A DNA stretch of 64,000 nucleotides from the NCBI GenBank assembly GCA_026914245.1, contig CP110439.1, positions 4,464,001 to 4,528,000 of the forward strand, written 5' to 3'. Of the stretch, positions 40,629 to 52,039 are shown piece by piece. The DNA comes from Puccinia triticina (lineage: Eukaryota). Position 1 is the first letter of the stretch, and every line of letters starts with the position of its first letter. The position numbers and the translations under genes are program-made. The notes beneath the pieces are model-generated. The model worked only from the letters and a program-made list of their open reading frames with translations. It ran no database searches and was not told the DNA's origin.

Positions 40629-41260
40629 TGGATAACTACTCCACTCGATGACCCGGTCCGGCTATCAAGTGGGGTGTGTATCCACTCGATGGCCGGACCG
40701 GGTCATTGAGTGGAGTAAGTGGGGTGTGTGCACTCAATGACCGATCGAGTGGATACATCCACTCAATGACCGGACCGGGTCATCGAGTGGAGTAAGTGGG
40801 GTGTGTGCACTCAATGACCGATTGAGTGGATACATCCACTCAATGACCGGACCGGGTCATTGAGTGGAGTAAGTGGGGTGTGTGCACTCAATGACCAATG
40901 ACCGGCTCTGGATACACACCAATGACCCAGTCCGGCCATCGAGTGGATACACACCCTACTCAATGATGGAGTATGTATCCACCGGATGACCAGGTTGGTC
41001 ATCGAGTGGGGTGCATGTATGGGTGTTGGTTGACTGGTTGACCTGATGATTGGCCTTTCATATGTAGGTTGAGGTGTGTGAGATTGATGGCCGGTCTTGA
41101 CCCACCCAGGTTCATGGTGTGATGGGCACCAGTACGTTTCCTTTGCTCAGCCGGCATAAAATCCTCCTGGTGTCCAGCTAAAAATTCAATTGCGCAGCGT
41201 GCGCATCTCTACTGGTGAGGTGATAAAAAGTTGCTGGTGAAATCCAATCGTGAACCCCCC

Positions 41261-41453
41261 TAATAAAGCCAAGTTTAAATCATGGTGGGATAACAATATT
41301 CTCTCACCAATTGTCAAAAAGAGAAATCAGGCTCAAAAATGGATGCTTGTTGCGCATTCAGTCCAAGCATGCAATTGTTACCACTACTGGCAGAAGATCT
41401 TTAAAGATAAAGTCTTTGAGCTGAAAAAAAATCATTGGTGTAAGTTTCTAGCT
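41261..41453 (+). mobile_element. LINE ORF2 linker fragment, inverted relative to the rest of the LINE
   Basis: KFKSWW...KKNHWCKFLA continues into ESKDHQLFKAY on the minus strand at 40626. Confidence 0.8.
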
Positions 41454-41986
41454 CAATGACCCGGTCCGGTCATTGAGTAGATACACACCCCACTCAATGA
41501 CCGGCTCGGTCATTGAGTGGATAACTACTCCACTCAATGACCCGGTCCAGCTATCAAGTGGATGCACACTCCACTTGATGGCCGGACCAGGACATTGAGT
41601 CGAGTAGTTATCCACTTGATGGCCAATCCGGTCATCAGGTGGATATTCACTCCACTCAATTTCCCGTTTGGTTCATCGAGTGGAGCAGGGAGCCCACTTG
41701 ATGACCAACCCGGTCATCGGTGGATTAGTTGTCCACTCAATGACCAACTCAGCCATTGGTGGAGTAGTTATCCACTCAATGACCGGGTTGGTCATTGAGT
41801 GGAGTGGTTATCCACTTAATGACCCGGTCCGGCCATTGAGTGGAGTGTATGTGTCCACTCAATGACCTGGTCCGGCCATCGAGTTGGTATGGATGACCCG
41901 ATTGGGTCATTGAGTGAAGTGTGTACCCACTTGATGACCCGGTCCGGTTATCAAGTCGAGTATGTGGTTATCCACTTGATGACCGG

Positions 41987-42783
41987 TATGGACTCCTGTC
42001 GGGTCTGAGCCGTGGCAGTCGGTTGAGGGGATGGTGCTTGAGTGCTGCCCTCGTCGGTGGTCCTGCGAAAAGTATCGGGGAAAAAATCGAACAAGGTGAT
42101 AGCGGTTGGGGGGGGGATTTATTGAGAGGGAACGAGGGGGTTGGAATACCCTCGGCGGTTTTGGTTGGATAGAAAAGCTCGGATAAGGACAGAAGGAAGC
42201 AGGCGTGGCCGTCGGGATTATCGGGAAGTGATCAGATGAAAGAAACTCAGAAGGCTCGGGTACTCAAAACTCAGGAGGATGCGGGGATGGATCAACACGA
42301 TCCAGGATCAATAAACTCTCAAAACTCTGATGATATCTTTTCTGCGGGAAAGAGAGTACCATGCCGATCCCTCCTCCAAGTTCGGCTGAACTTGGATTCC
42401 GGCCCGCGACATGCCGCGCGACGAGCCCTCGCGCCCGCCACGCCCGTACAACTAAGATGAGCAGAGAAGAAAGAACAACCAAAGAGACAAACCAACAACA
42501 AAGGCCAAGAAAACAAACAAAGCCAAAACCAACCCTCCTCCAACTCAACCTCTCCAACGCGCGCAAGGAAGAAACAGAAAAAAAAGAGAAAGACACGTGT
42601 AAAAGAAATGTAAATAGAGGAAACAGAAACAAAACCACATAAAACAAAAGGGAAGAGAAGAAAGAAAGGAAAGGGAAAGAAGGAAAGAGGGTGAGAAATG
42701 ATAACCGGAGATATTGAGGGTCTTGATGATCTTGAGGCCTTTATCCCAGTGTCTTGATCCTGTGTACGCGCCAGAACTCCACA
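41987..42783 (-). repeat. 3' LTR of Gypsy B
   Basis: Direct repeat of 49702-50498; sense termini TGTGG...CCATA. Confidence 0.97.
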
Positions 42784-42944
42784 TCTCCTCCCAGATTGCA
42801 GTCTGTCCCTAGACTGCGCGCCGTTCCTCGACTAGATGCTGCCGGACAAAGAAAGGGAAAACCAAGACGGGGTGGCTCACAGAGTGGCATGTAGTGCTAT
42901 GGACGCGCGTAGAAAACCCTCGAGGTGCATACACATGGGAGGAC

Positions 42945-45900
42945 TTACTTTTGTCCTTGCCCCTTCTCGCGGAAGTAGTACTTCTTCACCTGATCAGCTG
43001 CAAATCGCCTCTTGAGTTCGGTGCCGTCCAACTCGGCCAAGATGTAGGAGCCTCCTTCGACTTGACGGACGACACGATAGGGCCCGTTCCACCTATTAGC
43101 AAACAACTGCCCCCACTGGATCTCCAGTGACCGGTTATACGCCATAACCATCTCACCCGGCTCAAGCGAGTCGCGAAGCCGGTCGGAGCGCTTGTCCGTC
43201 CAATATCTGACCGAGTCATTCCGCGCCTCCATCATCCTGCGATAGGCAATGCCGCGAGTTTCTTCACTGCGTTCGAGCTGAAGGGATCTCGCCGCTAGAA
43301 GGTCCGCCGTAGTGCGCACTGATTCCCACTCGACGCCAAGGTAAGACTCCATTTCCAAGTCAATCGGCAAAACCGCCCGCTGCCCAAAAACCAACTCGTA
43401 CGGCGAGTAGCCTGTCGTGCGCTTCGTTGAGACCCGGTCCGCAAAGAGGACCAGCGGAAGAAACTTGCGGCAATTCTTGCCACTCTCGCCGGCTAACTTG
43501 ACCAACGCTGCCTTCAAAGGTGCATGCCCTCGTTCGACCATACCCTGTCCTTCCGGATAATACGGAGTGGAAACCCGATGTTGCCCCGGCAAGGTCCGAA
43601 GCATCTCTGCCAGAGCGCCTCCAAATTCTGAGCCGCCGTCCGTCGAATAGGCTTGAGCCGGGCCATAACGCATGGTCCAGTGCTCCTGAAGGAAGGATGC
43701 CACCGCCTCGGAAGTCAGATTGTTCAGAATTTTAGCTTCCACCCAGCCCGAGAAATCATCACGTGCCACGATAAGGTACTTAGCTCCGCTGGCCTTCAAA
43801 TGCACCGCGTCCATGGCCACTCGCCCGAAAACCGTCGATTCTCCCGTCGGGTAACGCTGCTCCAGAGGTCTTCGAAGGCTGCGCCGCTGACAGGCGTCGC
43901 AACTCTGACACCAGCGCGCCACGGATTGCTTCAAAGAGGGCCACCAAAAGCGCTCGGAAACCCTTCGGTAGGTCTCTGTTACCCCGCGGTGACCCAAATC
44001 CTCGTGTAGCTGCCGAAGGACTTCCCCTTGCTTCGACGGGATCGTGATGACTATTCGCGGCAGGGGACTTCCTCTCTTCATGAGTCTTCCATTCTGAACA
44101 AAGAAATTCGACGACTTCCTCTTCAAAGCTCGGAACTCCTCGGCACCCATTCCCTCAGGTTTGATCAAATCGGCTAGAAACTGCTCCATTTGGCGCCAAT
44201 AACCCTCCTGGTATCCCATGTACTCGTCCATCCGAGCCGGAAAAGAACACACCGGTCGGACCAAGGGGGCTTCCTCATCAAAATCGGAGGGAGGATCGGA
44301 TTCCTCGTCGCCTTGGGGGCGCCGTGACAAGCCGTCCGGCATAGTGAACGATTTGCCGGGACGATGGACAACGTCGAAGGAGAACAGCTGGATGAAAGAT
44401 ACCCAGCGCGTCATCGGCGCATTGGGCAGACTCGGAGCGTTGATCATTTGAACCAGGGACTGAGCATCCACCTGTAGCTCGAAATGCTGCCCCCACAATA
44501 CCGTTTGAAGCTTTTTCAGTATACGGGCGACGCCACATAACTCGAGCTTTGCCTGCGAATATCGTGACTCCACATCCGAGAAGAGCAAAGACTCGTAAAG
44601 CGCCGGACGATCCAAACCATTCGAGTCTTCCTGGGTAAGCACCGCGCCTGCGGCATGAAAGCTAGAGTCCACCGCCAGCTTGAGCTTCCCAGCATCCGGA
44701 CCGTAGTCGATCTTGACCAAAACGATGTCTTTCCCGACGATATTCTTGAGTTCCTGGAAGGCCTGCTCGCATTCTTCGGTCCAACGCCACTCCGAATCCT
44801 TGCGCGTCAGCCGGCGGAGGGGTAGACAGATCTGAGACAACGATGGAATGAAAATTCGGACGTAGACGACGACACCCAAGAAACCTCGCACTTCGGTTGC
44901 GCTGACAGGAGTTGGCCAAGACACGATCTTGTTGACTTTACTGACCGCCATTTTCCTGCCCTCTATACAGACCACGTGGCCCACAATTTCTAAGGCGGGG
45001 ACGCAGGCCGCCAGCTTTGATGCGGAAACCGTCAGACCAGATTCCTCAATTCGAAAAAGGATGCGCTCTAGAACCTCGGCGTACTCCCAAATGAAGCGTC
45101 GAATTCCACGATGCCAGGACAGAAGCTCGCCCTCGTAGTCAGACTTTGGACCTTTGATTCCCCCATCGTCGATGAAGATGCCGGCATGCTCAGGGATCTC
45201 GTCTTGTAGTATCCAAACCATTTGCGCTTGGTAGACTGCTACTGAGTTCGTGGCTCCTTGGGGGAGTCGGGTCAACTGGAACCGACCTAGAGGCGTGTCG
45301 AAAGTAGTTAAAGGCCGAGAAATGGGGTGTAGTGCGCGCTTGTCGTAGCCGCCCATAATATCCCCAAGACCATAACACGCGCGACCCGAAAAAGACTCAA
45401 CAAACTCCTCCGTCGCCGGAGGAACCCCGGCATCCCGAATCGTCACCTTATTCAGCGGTTGCAGATCATGTACTACCCTGAGTTTACCGTTTCCTTTTAG
45501 AACGCAGAAGACAGGGCTAGAGTAGCTTGACGTCGACTGTTCGTATAGACCATTTCGAACTCTTTCCCGGATGATACGGATATAATCCTCAATCTTGGCG
45601 GCCGGAATCGGAATCTTTCCCTTCTGCCACGGTTCATGTTCAATGACGGGGATGATATACGGGAGTCCGTAGGTCTCCTTCAGCAGTCCCCGCTCATCCT
45701 CGGTGAAGGCGATGGCAAGGTTGCGTTCCGCCAGTACATTCTTGATCAACGACAATTCGTCCGGGTAGAGCCAGCCCTCCGGGCCAAAGTTAACCACCGA
45801 AAGGCGCTCCTCAGTTACTCAACCCTTGGGTACAAACGGTCCGGCTAGAGAGCGAGATAAGCCTTGATACGGGTCGCGTGAGAGAGGCGGGCGGCGAAGC

Positions 45901-47078
45901 GGAGGGTTCAATTCCTGAGGCATCGGCTGATTCACCGGTTTGACCTTCTTGGCGACTGGTTTGTACTTGGCCGCCAGCGCCAAATAGCCGCCCTCCTTCC
46001 ATGATCGCGCCAAATCCACCTGCGCGCTGTACCCAAGCCCGGAATCCATGAGAAGACGCGTCCGATGCTCCGCCCAACTCCCGAATGCCGCCTTATCTGA
46101 AAAGGAGAGTCCATCCGGGAAGTCTTTGCTCACGTATGTGGCACGCGGCAGGGTTTTCGACGATTGGGGAGCATCACGCCTCGGAGGTGCATATTGGTGG
46201 GAACTTACTTTCACGCCATATGCCCTCCACGACGGTCCGAACATTACAATTCCTCCTTCACATTCCATTCCAAGAGAGCATAGTTTAAGCTCGTTGCGGA
46301 GCTCCGCTCCGCACACCGCGCCTTCTGTCGCGCCAGGTCCTGAAAGAAAAGCACCAGAATCCGGGTTGTGGCTCACCAGAGTGGCACGGGGCAGGGTTTT
46401 CGACGGTTGAGAAGCATCACGCCTCGGAGGTGCATATTGGGAGGAACTTACTTTGTTACTCCCAATCCTCCGCGGTATCTCAGAATCTGGTTTACGTGCT
46501 TGAGCCTCTGTTTCCAAGGAAATTAGTTTATTCTCTTCGCGGAGACGATCACAGTTTGAATCTTGAGACTTCTCCTGAAACGAGAATTGAGAACTTGCGG
46601 AGGGTTCCCGTGATGGGGCTGAGGCCTCCTTGTGATGAAACGAGGATAGTTTATTCTCTTCTCGGAGACGACAATCCGGGCTTGAAGGGTTGACGGTACT
46701 GGAAAAGAAAGGGGGCGAACAGGGGCGGCTCACAGCGTGGCATGTAATGTTTTCGACGCGCGTAGAGATGCCCGGAGGTGCACAATGGATGGGACTTACT
46801 TCTGTCTCTCTAATGCCCAGCGAAATACCCCTTTTTTCCTCTCCCGCACCTCTTCTAGTGTACAACTGAGACTTGAAACTGAACTGAAACTGAAAGCCGA
46901 TCTTCTTTTTGCTGTTTTTGATTATCTGTGAATGTTTTTCGGGTTTTCTGATTTGGTGACTGAAAGAAGAAGTGAAAAGAAAAGCGGGCCGATGATACTC
47001 GAAAAGATGAGTCGATTCGACGGCGAGAGTTCGAGCATCTAGATTAAAACTGCCGTGTACCGAACCAACTGTGCTCAT
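42945..47078 (-). CDS. pol: Pol of Gypsy B (long N-terminal extension, RT, RNaseH, integrase) with one in-frame TGA at 45819-45821
   Basis: ORFs 45819-47078 and 42945-45797 are in the same frame; RLPQGATNS, FIDDGG, integrase HHCC and DDE, GPY motif; no chromodomain. Confidence 0.93.
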
Positions 47079-49213
47079 AAAAAAGGACGATCCTCCGAAG
47101 AATCGTCGGGGAGCCGCGCCACATGAGTAAGCACTGCCTTACGGCCCTGACCTGGGAAATCACGCTCCCATCGACCTGACCCAGTCGAACACAAAGAAAC
47201 CTCGATGTTTCTTCCAGTGGCGTCCGGTATGATAAGCTTCTCGCCCGATTGTGGTGAGAACGCCAGCGTAGCCGCCACATCCATTAGGAAGGGCCGACCT
47301 AAGATCAGCGGCCCGTCCATCTTTGTGATCCAAAAGTGACAAGTCTTCACCAACGACTTGCCGATCCGGACCTGCACATCTTCAGCTACACCCATCAATT
47401 CACAGGCCTGGTTATTGATACCGTAGACCGCGGATGCAAAGTTAACACGAGGGCTTAGATTAAATTTGTTGGCCATGGCGTCCGAGATCAGATTCAATTG
47501 AGAGCCCGAGTCAACAAGGGGGGACGCTGAGGTCTCATCGTCCCCAATGAGACACGGCAAATATCCCAGGGGGCAGGAGTAAAGGTTTGGATCGGTTCCC
47601 AAATCTCTGTCAGAGACCTCAGCCAACGTCCCGGAGTTCACCTTCAGCTCTTCGGTTCCGACCTCAACACGCCGTCTAGATACCCATTTCTTCATGCCTT
47701 CGGCTATGGAGGGGGAGATCGCCATGAGTTCCGATACCGTGATGTCGGGCACCTTCAACACGGCTATCTTTCGCAATACGCCGTCAACCGCATTCGGGTG
47801 TTCGCGCGAGACCTCTCTTTCAAAGCGCACTTTTGGACCAGCAGCCTTTGTGGGCGTCGGCGGAGTCGTGGGGCGATCGGGAGACAGCTCGTGCGTTGGG
47901 TCGCCTCCAGGACTGCGCTCGAAAAGCTCCGCCTCCTCGTCCATCGCACTTCTTTCTTCGGGAACAGGCGGAGTTGGAGCTCGACGGATAGGGCGCTTCG
48001 CGGCACTGAGAGGGACGGCTGGGGCCTTATAAGGCTTCGAGTCTTCATGCCGCTTCCTTCCCGCCGGGTCGGCCTCATAAGCTCCCGAGAATGACTGAGA
48101 CGTCACCGCGGGCGGGTACCACGGTTGAAGAGACCCGCAACCGACTTTGAATCCCACGGCGGGCTCCGTCGCCGCCTGACTTGCTGCAGTTCTCATGGGC
48201 TGGAACGACGCCACCACATGACGAATCGGCCTGGTAGAGTCCCAGGGTATCAAAGCTCCATTCGGCAAAAAGAAATTTGTGCCCTTCTGCTCTACGAGGT
48301 TGTCGTCCTTATCCTTCTGGAGCTCGAAGCAGCGGGCGGTCCCGTGTCCCTCGCGATGGCAGTAGAAACACACCATCGGACCCCGCGGATTCTGTGACTG
48401 CGATGGTTTACCCGGTACCGAGGCCAGCTTCTGGTCAAGCTTCTGTTCGAAAGACTCGAACATCTTCGACAGCTCATCCATAGTGGGAACGGGCTTCGGC
48501 GGAGCCGCTACCGCCTTCGGGCGCCTCTCCTCTCCCATCCGCTGCATGATACCATTCGACTCGCTCAAAGTCGCGGGTCCCACCGGTTTAGACGCCTTTG
48601 AATCTTCGAAGATCAACGCGGTCTGCCTTCTCATTACTTCAGTGATTGCAGCTTTAAGAACATCGAATTTTGGCAACTTGAAGCGGTTGTCGGCTGTGGT
48701 GATCATCGTATTATCTTTAAGCAGCTGTTCGCGAATTCGATCCTGGACAACTAGCGAGAACGACTGATAGTAGTCGTTACGGATCTCCTCCACGGAATCG
48801 ATATGATCCTTGGCGAGAAGGTAGGCCTGAATGGGCTCCCAGTGCTTCCTGAAGGCCTGATAGTCCTCCACAGAGGAAACCCCTCCGCGCGCAACCCATC
48901 CCTCCGTCAAAGTCCTGATGTCTCGAGCGGTGAATTTCGCCGAGTCAACTTCTCCCCAGTAGGACAACATTGAAGCCTTCAACTTCGGCCAGTTCGGCGG
49001 CTCATAGCCTTCCAAGGTCTCCAGAACATCGAGGAGCGCGTCGTCCACAAAGAAAAACAACTGCTCGGCCATGTCCTGCCCCGAGGCTTTGTCCAAGCGA
49101 GCAGCGACTTGATACTGGTGCAGGAAGCGTTCGACGTTGGTCCCATCGAACTTGAGGCTCTTGCCGTGCGGCGGTTTGATCTTGACGGCCTCAACGGTTG
49201 TGGGTTCGGCCAT
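47075..49213 (-). CDS. gag: Gag-protease of Gypsy B
   Basis: FDGTNVE, CFYCHREGHGTARC, LVDSGS, ILGRPFL; ends CCTTTTTTATGA (-1 slippery site). Confidence 0.93.
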   Translation of the reverse strand: MAEPTTVEAVKIKPPHGKSLKFDGTNVERFLHQYQVAARLDKASGQDMAEQLFFFVDDALLDVLETLEGYEPPNWPKLKASMLSYWGEVDSAKFTARDIRTLTEGWVARGGVSSVEDYQAFRKHWEPIQAYLLAKDHIDSVEEIRNDYYQSFSLVVQDRIREQLLKDNTMITTADNRFKLPKFDVLKAAITEVMRRQTALIFEDSKASKPVGPATLSESNGIMQRMGEERRPKAVAAPPKPVPTMDELSKMFESFEQKLDQKLASVPGKPSQSQNPRGPMVCFYCHREGHGTARCFELQKDKDDNLVEQKGTNFFLPNGALIPWDSTRPIRHVVASFQPMRTAASQAATEPAVGFKVGCGSLQPWYPPAVTSQSFSGAYEADPAGRKRHEDSKPYKAPAVPLSAAKRPIRRAPTPPVPEERSAMDEEAELFERSPGGDPTHELSPDRPTTPPTPTKAAGPKVRFEREVSREHPNAVDGVLRKIAVLKVPDITVSELMAISPSIAEGMKKWVSRRRVEVGTEELKVNSGTLAEVSDRDLGTDPNLYSCPLGYLPCLIGDDETSASPLVDSGSQLNLISDAMANKFNLSPRVNFASAVYGINNQACELMGVAEDVQVRIGKSLVKTCHFWITKMDGPLILGRPFLMDVAATLAFSPQSGEKLIIPDATGRNIEVSLCSTGSGRWERDFPGQGRKAVLTHVARLPDDSSEDRPFL

Positions 49214-49649
49214 CTTGCTCTTGAGAATCTTCAGACTGAACTAACAAACAAAGCGGACGCGATAGGACGGCTCACAGTGTGGCGAGTGATGTTTGAAACA
49301 CGTAGATAGCCCTAGAGGTGCACTATGGATGGGACTTACTTCTATCCCTCCTATGCCCCGCGTCTGAACGCCCTAAGAAAAGATTAAAAAAATAAAAGAA
49401 AACCCGGACGATTAACCAACGCCACGAAAACTTCGCGCTGATCTTGATCCTGAAACGAGGATCCCGAAACGACTTCGAGATAAACTTGAGCTCCTGAGAC
49501 GAATCAGTCGCGCGGCAAAAGAATCTGTTGCTTTAAAGGATCTGGTTCTTCCGCGCCGACCCTTCCGAATCAGAATCCCGAATAATCAAAAGAAAAAAAA
49601 GAAAGAAAATTCCAGCCTAAGACCGCCAGTCCGTCTCGAAATCCTGAGG

Positions 49650-49699
49650 CGAGACTGTAAATCTTGAGGTCGCTGGTTCGATCCCGGCTCGGGGGACCA
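49650..49699 (+). tRNA. tRNA-Tyr(GTA) positions 27-76 including CCA; the complement is the PBS of Gypsy B
   Basis: cgaga-ctgtaaa-tcttg (anticodon arm), aggtc, gctgg-ttcgatc-ccggc (T arm), tcggggg-a-cca. Confidence 0.88.
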
Positions 49700-49701
49700 A
49701 A

Positions 49702-50498
49702 TATGGACTCCTGTCGGGTCTGAGCCGTGGCAGTCGGTTGAGGGGATGGTGCTTGAGTGCTGCCCTCGTCGGTGGTCCTGCGAAAAGTATTGGGGAAAAA
49801 ATCGAACAAGGTGATAGCGGTTGGGGGGGGGATTTATTGAGAGGGAACAAGGGGGTTGGAATACCCTCGGCGGTTTTGGTTGGATAGAAAAGCTCGGATA
49901 AGGACAGAAGGAAGCAGGCGTGGCCGTCGGGATTATCGGGAAGTGATCAGATGAAAGAAACTCAGAAGGCTCGGGTACTCAAAACTCAGGAGGATGCGGG
50001 GATGGATCAACACGATCCAGGATCAATAAACTCTCAAAACTCTGATGATATCTTTTCTGCGGGAAAGAGAGTACCATGCCGATCCCTCCTCCAAGTTCGG
50101 CTGAACTTGGATTCCGGCCCGCGACATGCCGCGCGACGAGCCCTCGCGCCCGCCACGCCCGTACAACTAAGATGAGCAGAGAAGAAAGAACAACCAAAGA
50201 GACAAACCAACAACAAAGGCCAAGAAAACAAACAAAGCCAAAACCAACCCTCCTCCAACTCAACCTCTCCAACGCGCGCAAGGAAGAAACAGAAAAAAAA
50301 GAGAAAGACACGTGTAAAAGAAATGTAAATAGAGGAAACAGAAACAAAACCACATAAAACAAAAGGGAAGAGAAGAAAGAAAGGAAAGGGAAAGAAGGAA
50401 AGAGGGTGAGAAATGATAACCGGAGATATTGAGGGTCTTGATGATCTTGAGGCCTTTATCCCGGTGTCTTGATCCTGTGTACGCGCCAGAACTCCACA
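49702..50498 (-). repeat. 5' LTR of Gypsy B
   Basis: Adjacent to the PBS; direct repeat of 41987-42783. Confidence 0.97.
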
Positions 50499-50875
50499 CC
50501 GGCTAGGTCATCGAGTGGAGTGTGTGCAGTTGATGACCAACCCGGGTCATCGAGTGGAGTGTGTATCCACTCGATGACCAGGTTAGTCATTGAGTGGGGT
50601 GTGTGCGTGTGTCCGATCACCAGTGTTGGGGAAGAGTTGAGTGTGTACCCAACCCGATGACCCGTGTTGACCAGCCATTGGATGGAGTTATGCATTCCAG
50701 GTGATGACTGGTATTGACCGGTCATCAGAAGGGGTGCCATAAAATTTTTCTGGTCCCGGTTGGATGACCAGCAAAAGTTTACCATTTCTGGTGGTAATTT
50801 TATGGCCCAAATGTGCACCAGCAAGGAAGATTTTATGGGGTCACCAGGAGCCAAAAATCCAATTGTGAACCCCCC

Positions 50876-52039
50876 TATTGACTCTGACTATTTTTTTCTG
50901 TTTGTCAACCAAATTTTGAATAGAAACGGTCAGTTTTTTAACAAAAAGATCAATATCAACCTCATTGAATAAAGAAACTTTGCCAAGATCATCAACATTT
51001 GTGCTTAAATCAACACATAACTTTTCAATATTCAAACGCTTGAGATCAACAGATAACCGGGTAGTTGGACAGGGGTGCGGATTAAAGTTGAGTTGAAGGT
51101 TGATAGCTTGATGATCCAAACCAAAGTTGACTGAAGTGGTATTGCATGATTGAATGAGTTTGACTGCATTGTAGTTGGCCCAGGTAAGATTGATCACTGT
51201 GGCGCTGGTTCTTCTATTGATAAAGGTAGGATTTCCTATTTTGGATACAATTTTGAAACCATTTCAACCGCACGTTCTGATCAGGTCTTTTGATTGTTGA
51301 TGTGTATGTTTGTAGTTGGATGGATTCCACAATCAATGATGAAGATTATAATCCATGCATATAAACAAAGGAACATGTTGATCATTGTGGTGATCTAGCC
51401 ATTTGATAAGTTGCTTAATTCCTTCAAAAGTTTGAGGAGGATTGTAAAGATTGATAAATCAGATTTTTTGGGTTTTTTCATGGTTGACTGTTAAATTGAT
51501 TGCCAAAATAATCCGGGAACCATCTCTTAATTAATGGATCTCTTCTGAAGAAAATGATTTGTTGAAAAAAAAAAAAAACAGATGCAATGTTTATTGTTGT
51601 AATCGGCTGGAGAATGATTGGAATCAAGGACACACGTCCAATTCTCATAGTGTGGTAATCTGAAAGTGTATGGATTGATCCATGGTTCTTGAAGGATTAA
51701 GATCAAAAAAATTGAGTCTGAATTAACCGCATTTGAAGTGACATCAAAGGAGTTGTGCCATGGCAGTTTAACTGAAGAATTTTGAAATCTGACGGATTTG
51801 ACTCCCCAGACAAGGAAACTGATGGAGTCAAGTTGTTAACTGGAGGGGATTGATGGTATGGATACAATGGGTTGTCACACATCATTGGATAACAAGGTTA
51901 CAAAAAAAGTTCTTTGTTTTAAGGGGACATTCAAGACTCAAAGGAGAATGACAGAAGCAAACATTCTTGTTGTCAAAGTCGCCGGACGGGTACATTTTTT
52001 TTCATACTGAATACATTTAACACATTTTTCATTACTGAT
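50876..52039 (-). mobile_element. LINE ORF1 end and ORF2 AP-endonuclease region (decayed)
   Basis: KILQLNCH, LILQEPW, INLYNPP, INLTWAN, LDHQAI motifs with frameshifts. Confidence 0.8.

Larger units (their letters stand above)
41987..50498 (-). mobile_element. Full-length Ty3/Gypsy element B, 797-bp LTRs, TSD CCGG
   Basis: LTRs 41987-42783 and 49702-50498 are nearly identical; PPT at 42784-42792; tRNA PBS at 49650-49699; CCGG on both flanks. Confidence 0.97.
40629..50875. mobile_element. Non-autonomous TIR element (TIR GGGGGGTTCACAATTGGATT, TA TSD) carrying palindrome array 2; hosts Gypsy B; left part inverted
   Basis: TIRs at 41240-41260 and 50855-50875; CCACTCGATGACC..GGTCATCGAGTGG units at 40629-41010, 41454-41986 and 50499-50730; removal restores the LINE frame RVNNKAKFKSWW. 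Confidence 0.75.

Noticed and set aside
42236..42784. Duplicated small ORFs, also at 49951-50499
   Set aside because: Chance ORFs within the two LTRs.
46128..46801. Cassette as a hammerhead ribozyme
   Set aside because: No CUGANGA/GAAA core is conserved across the five copies.
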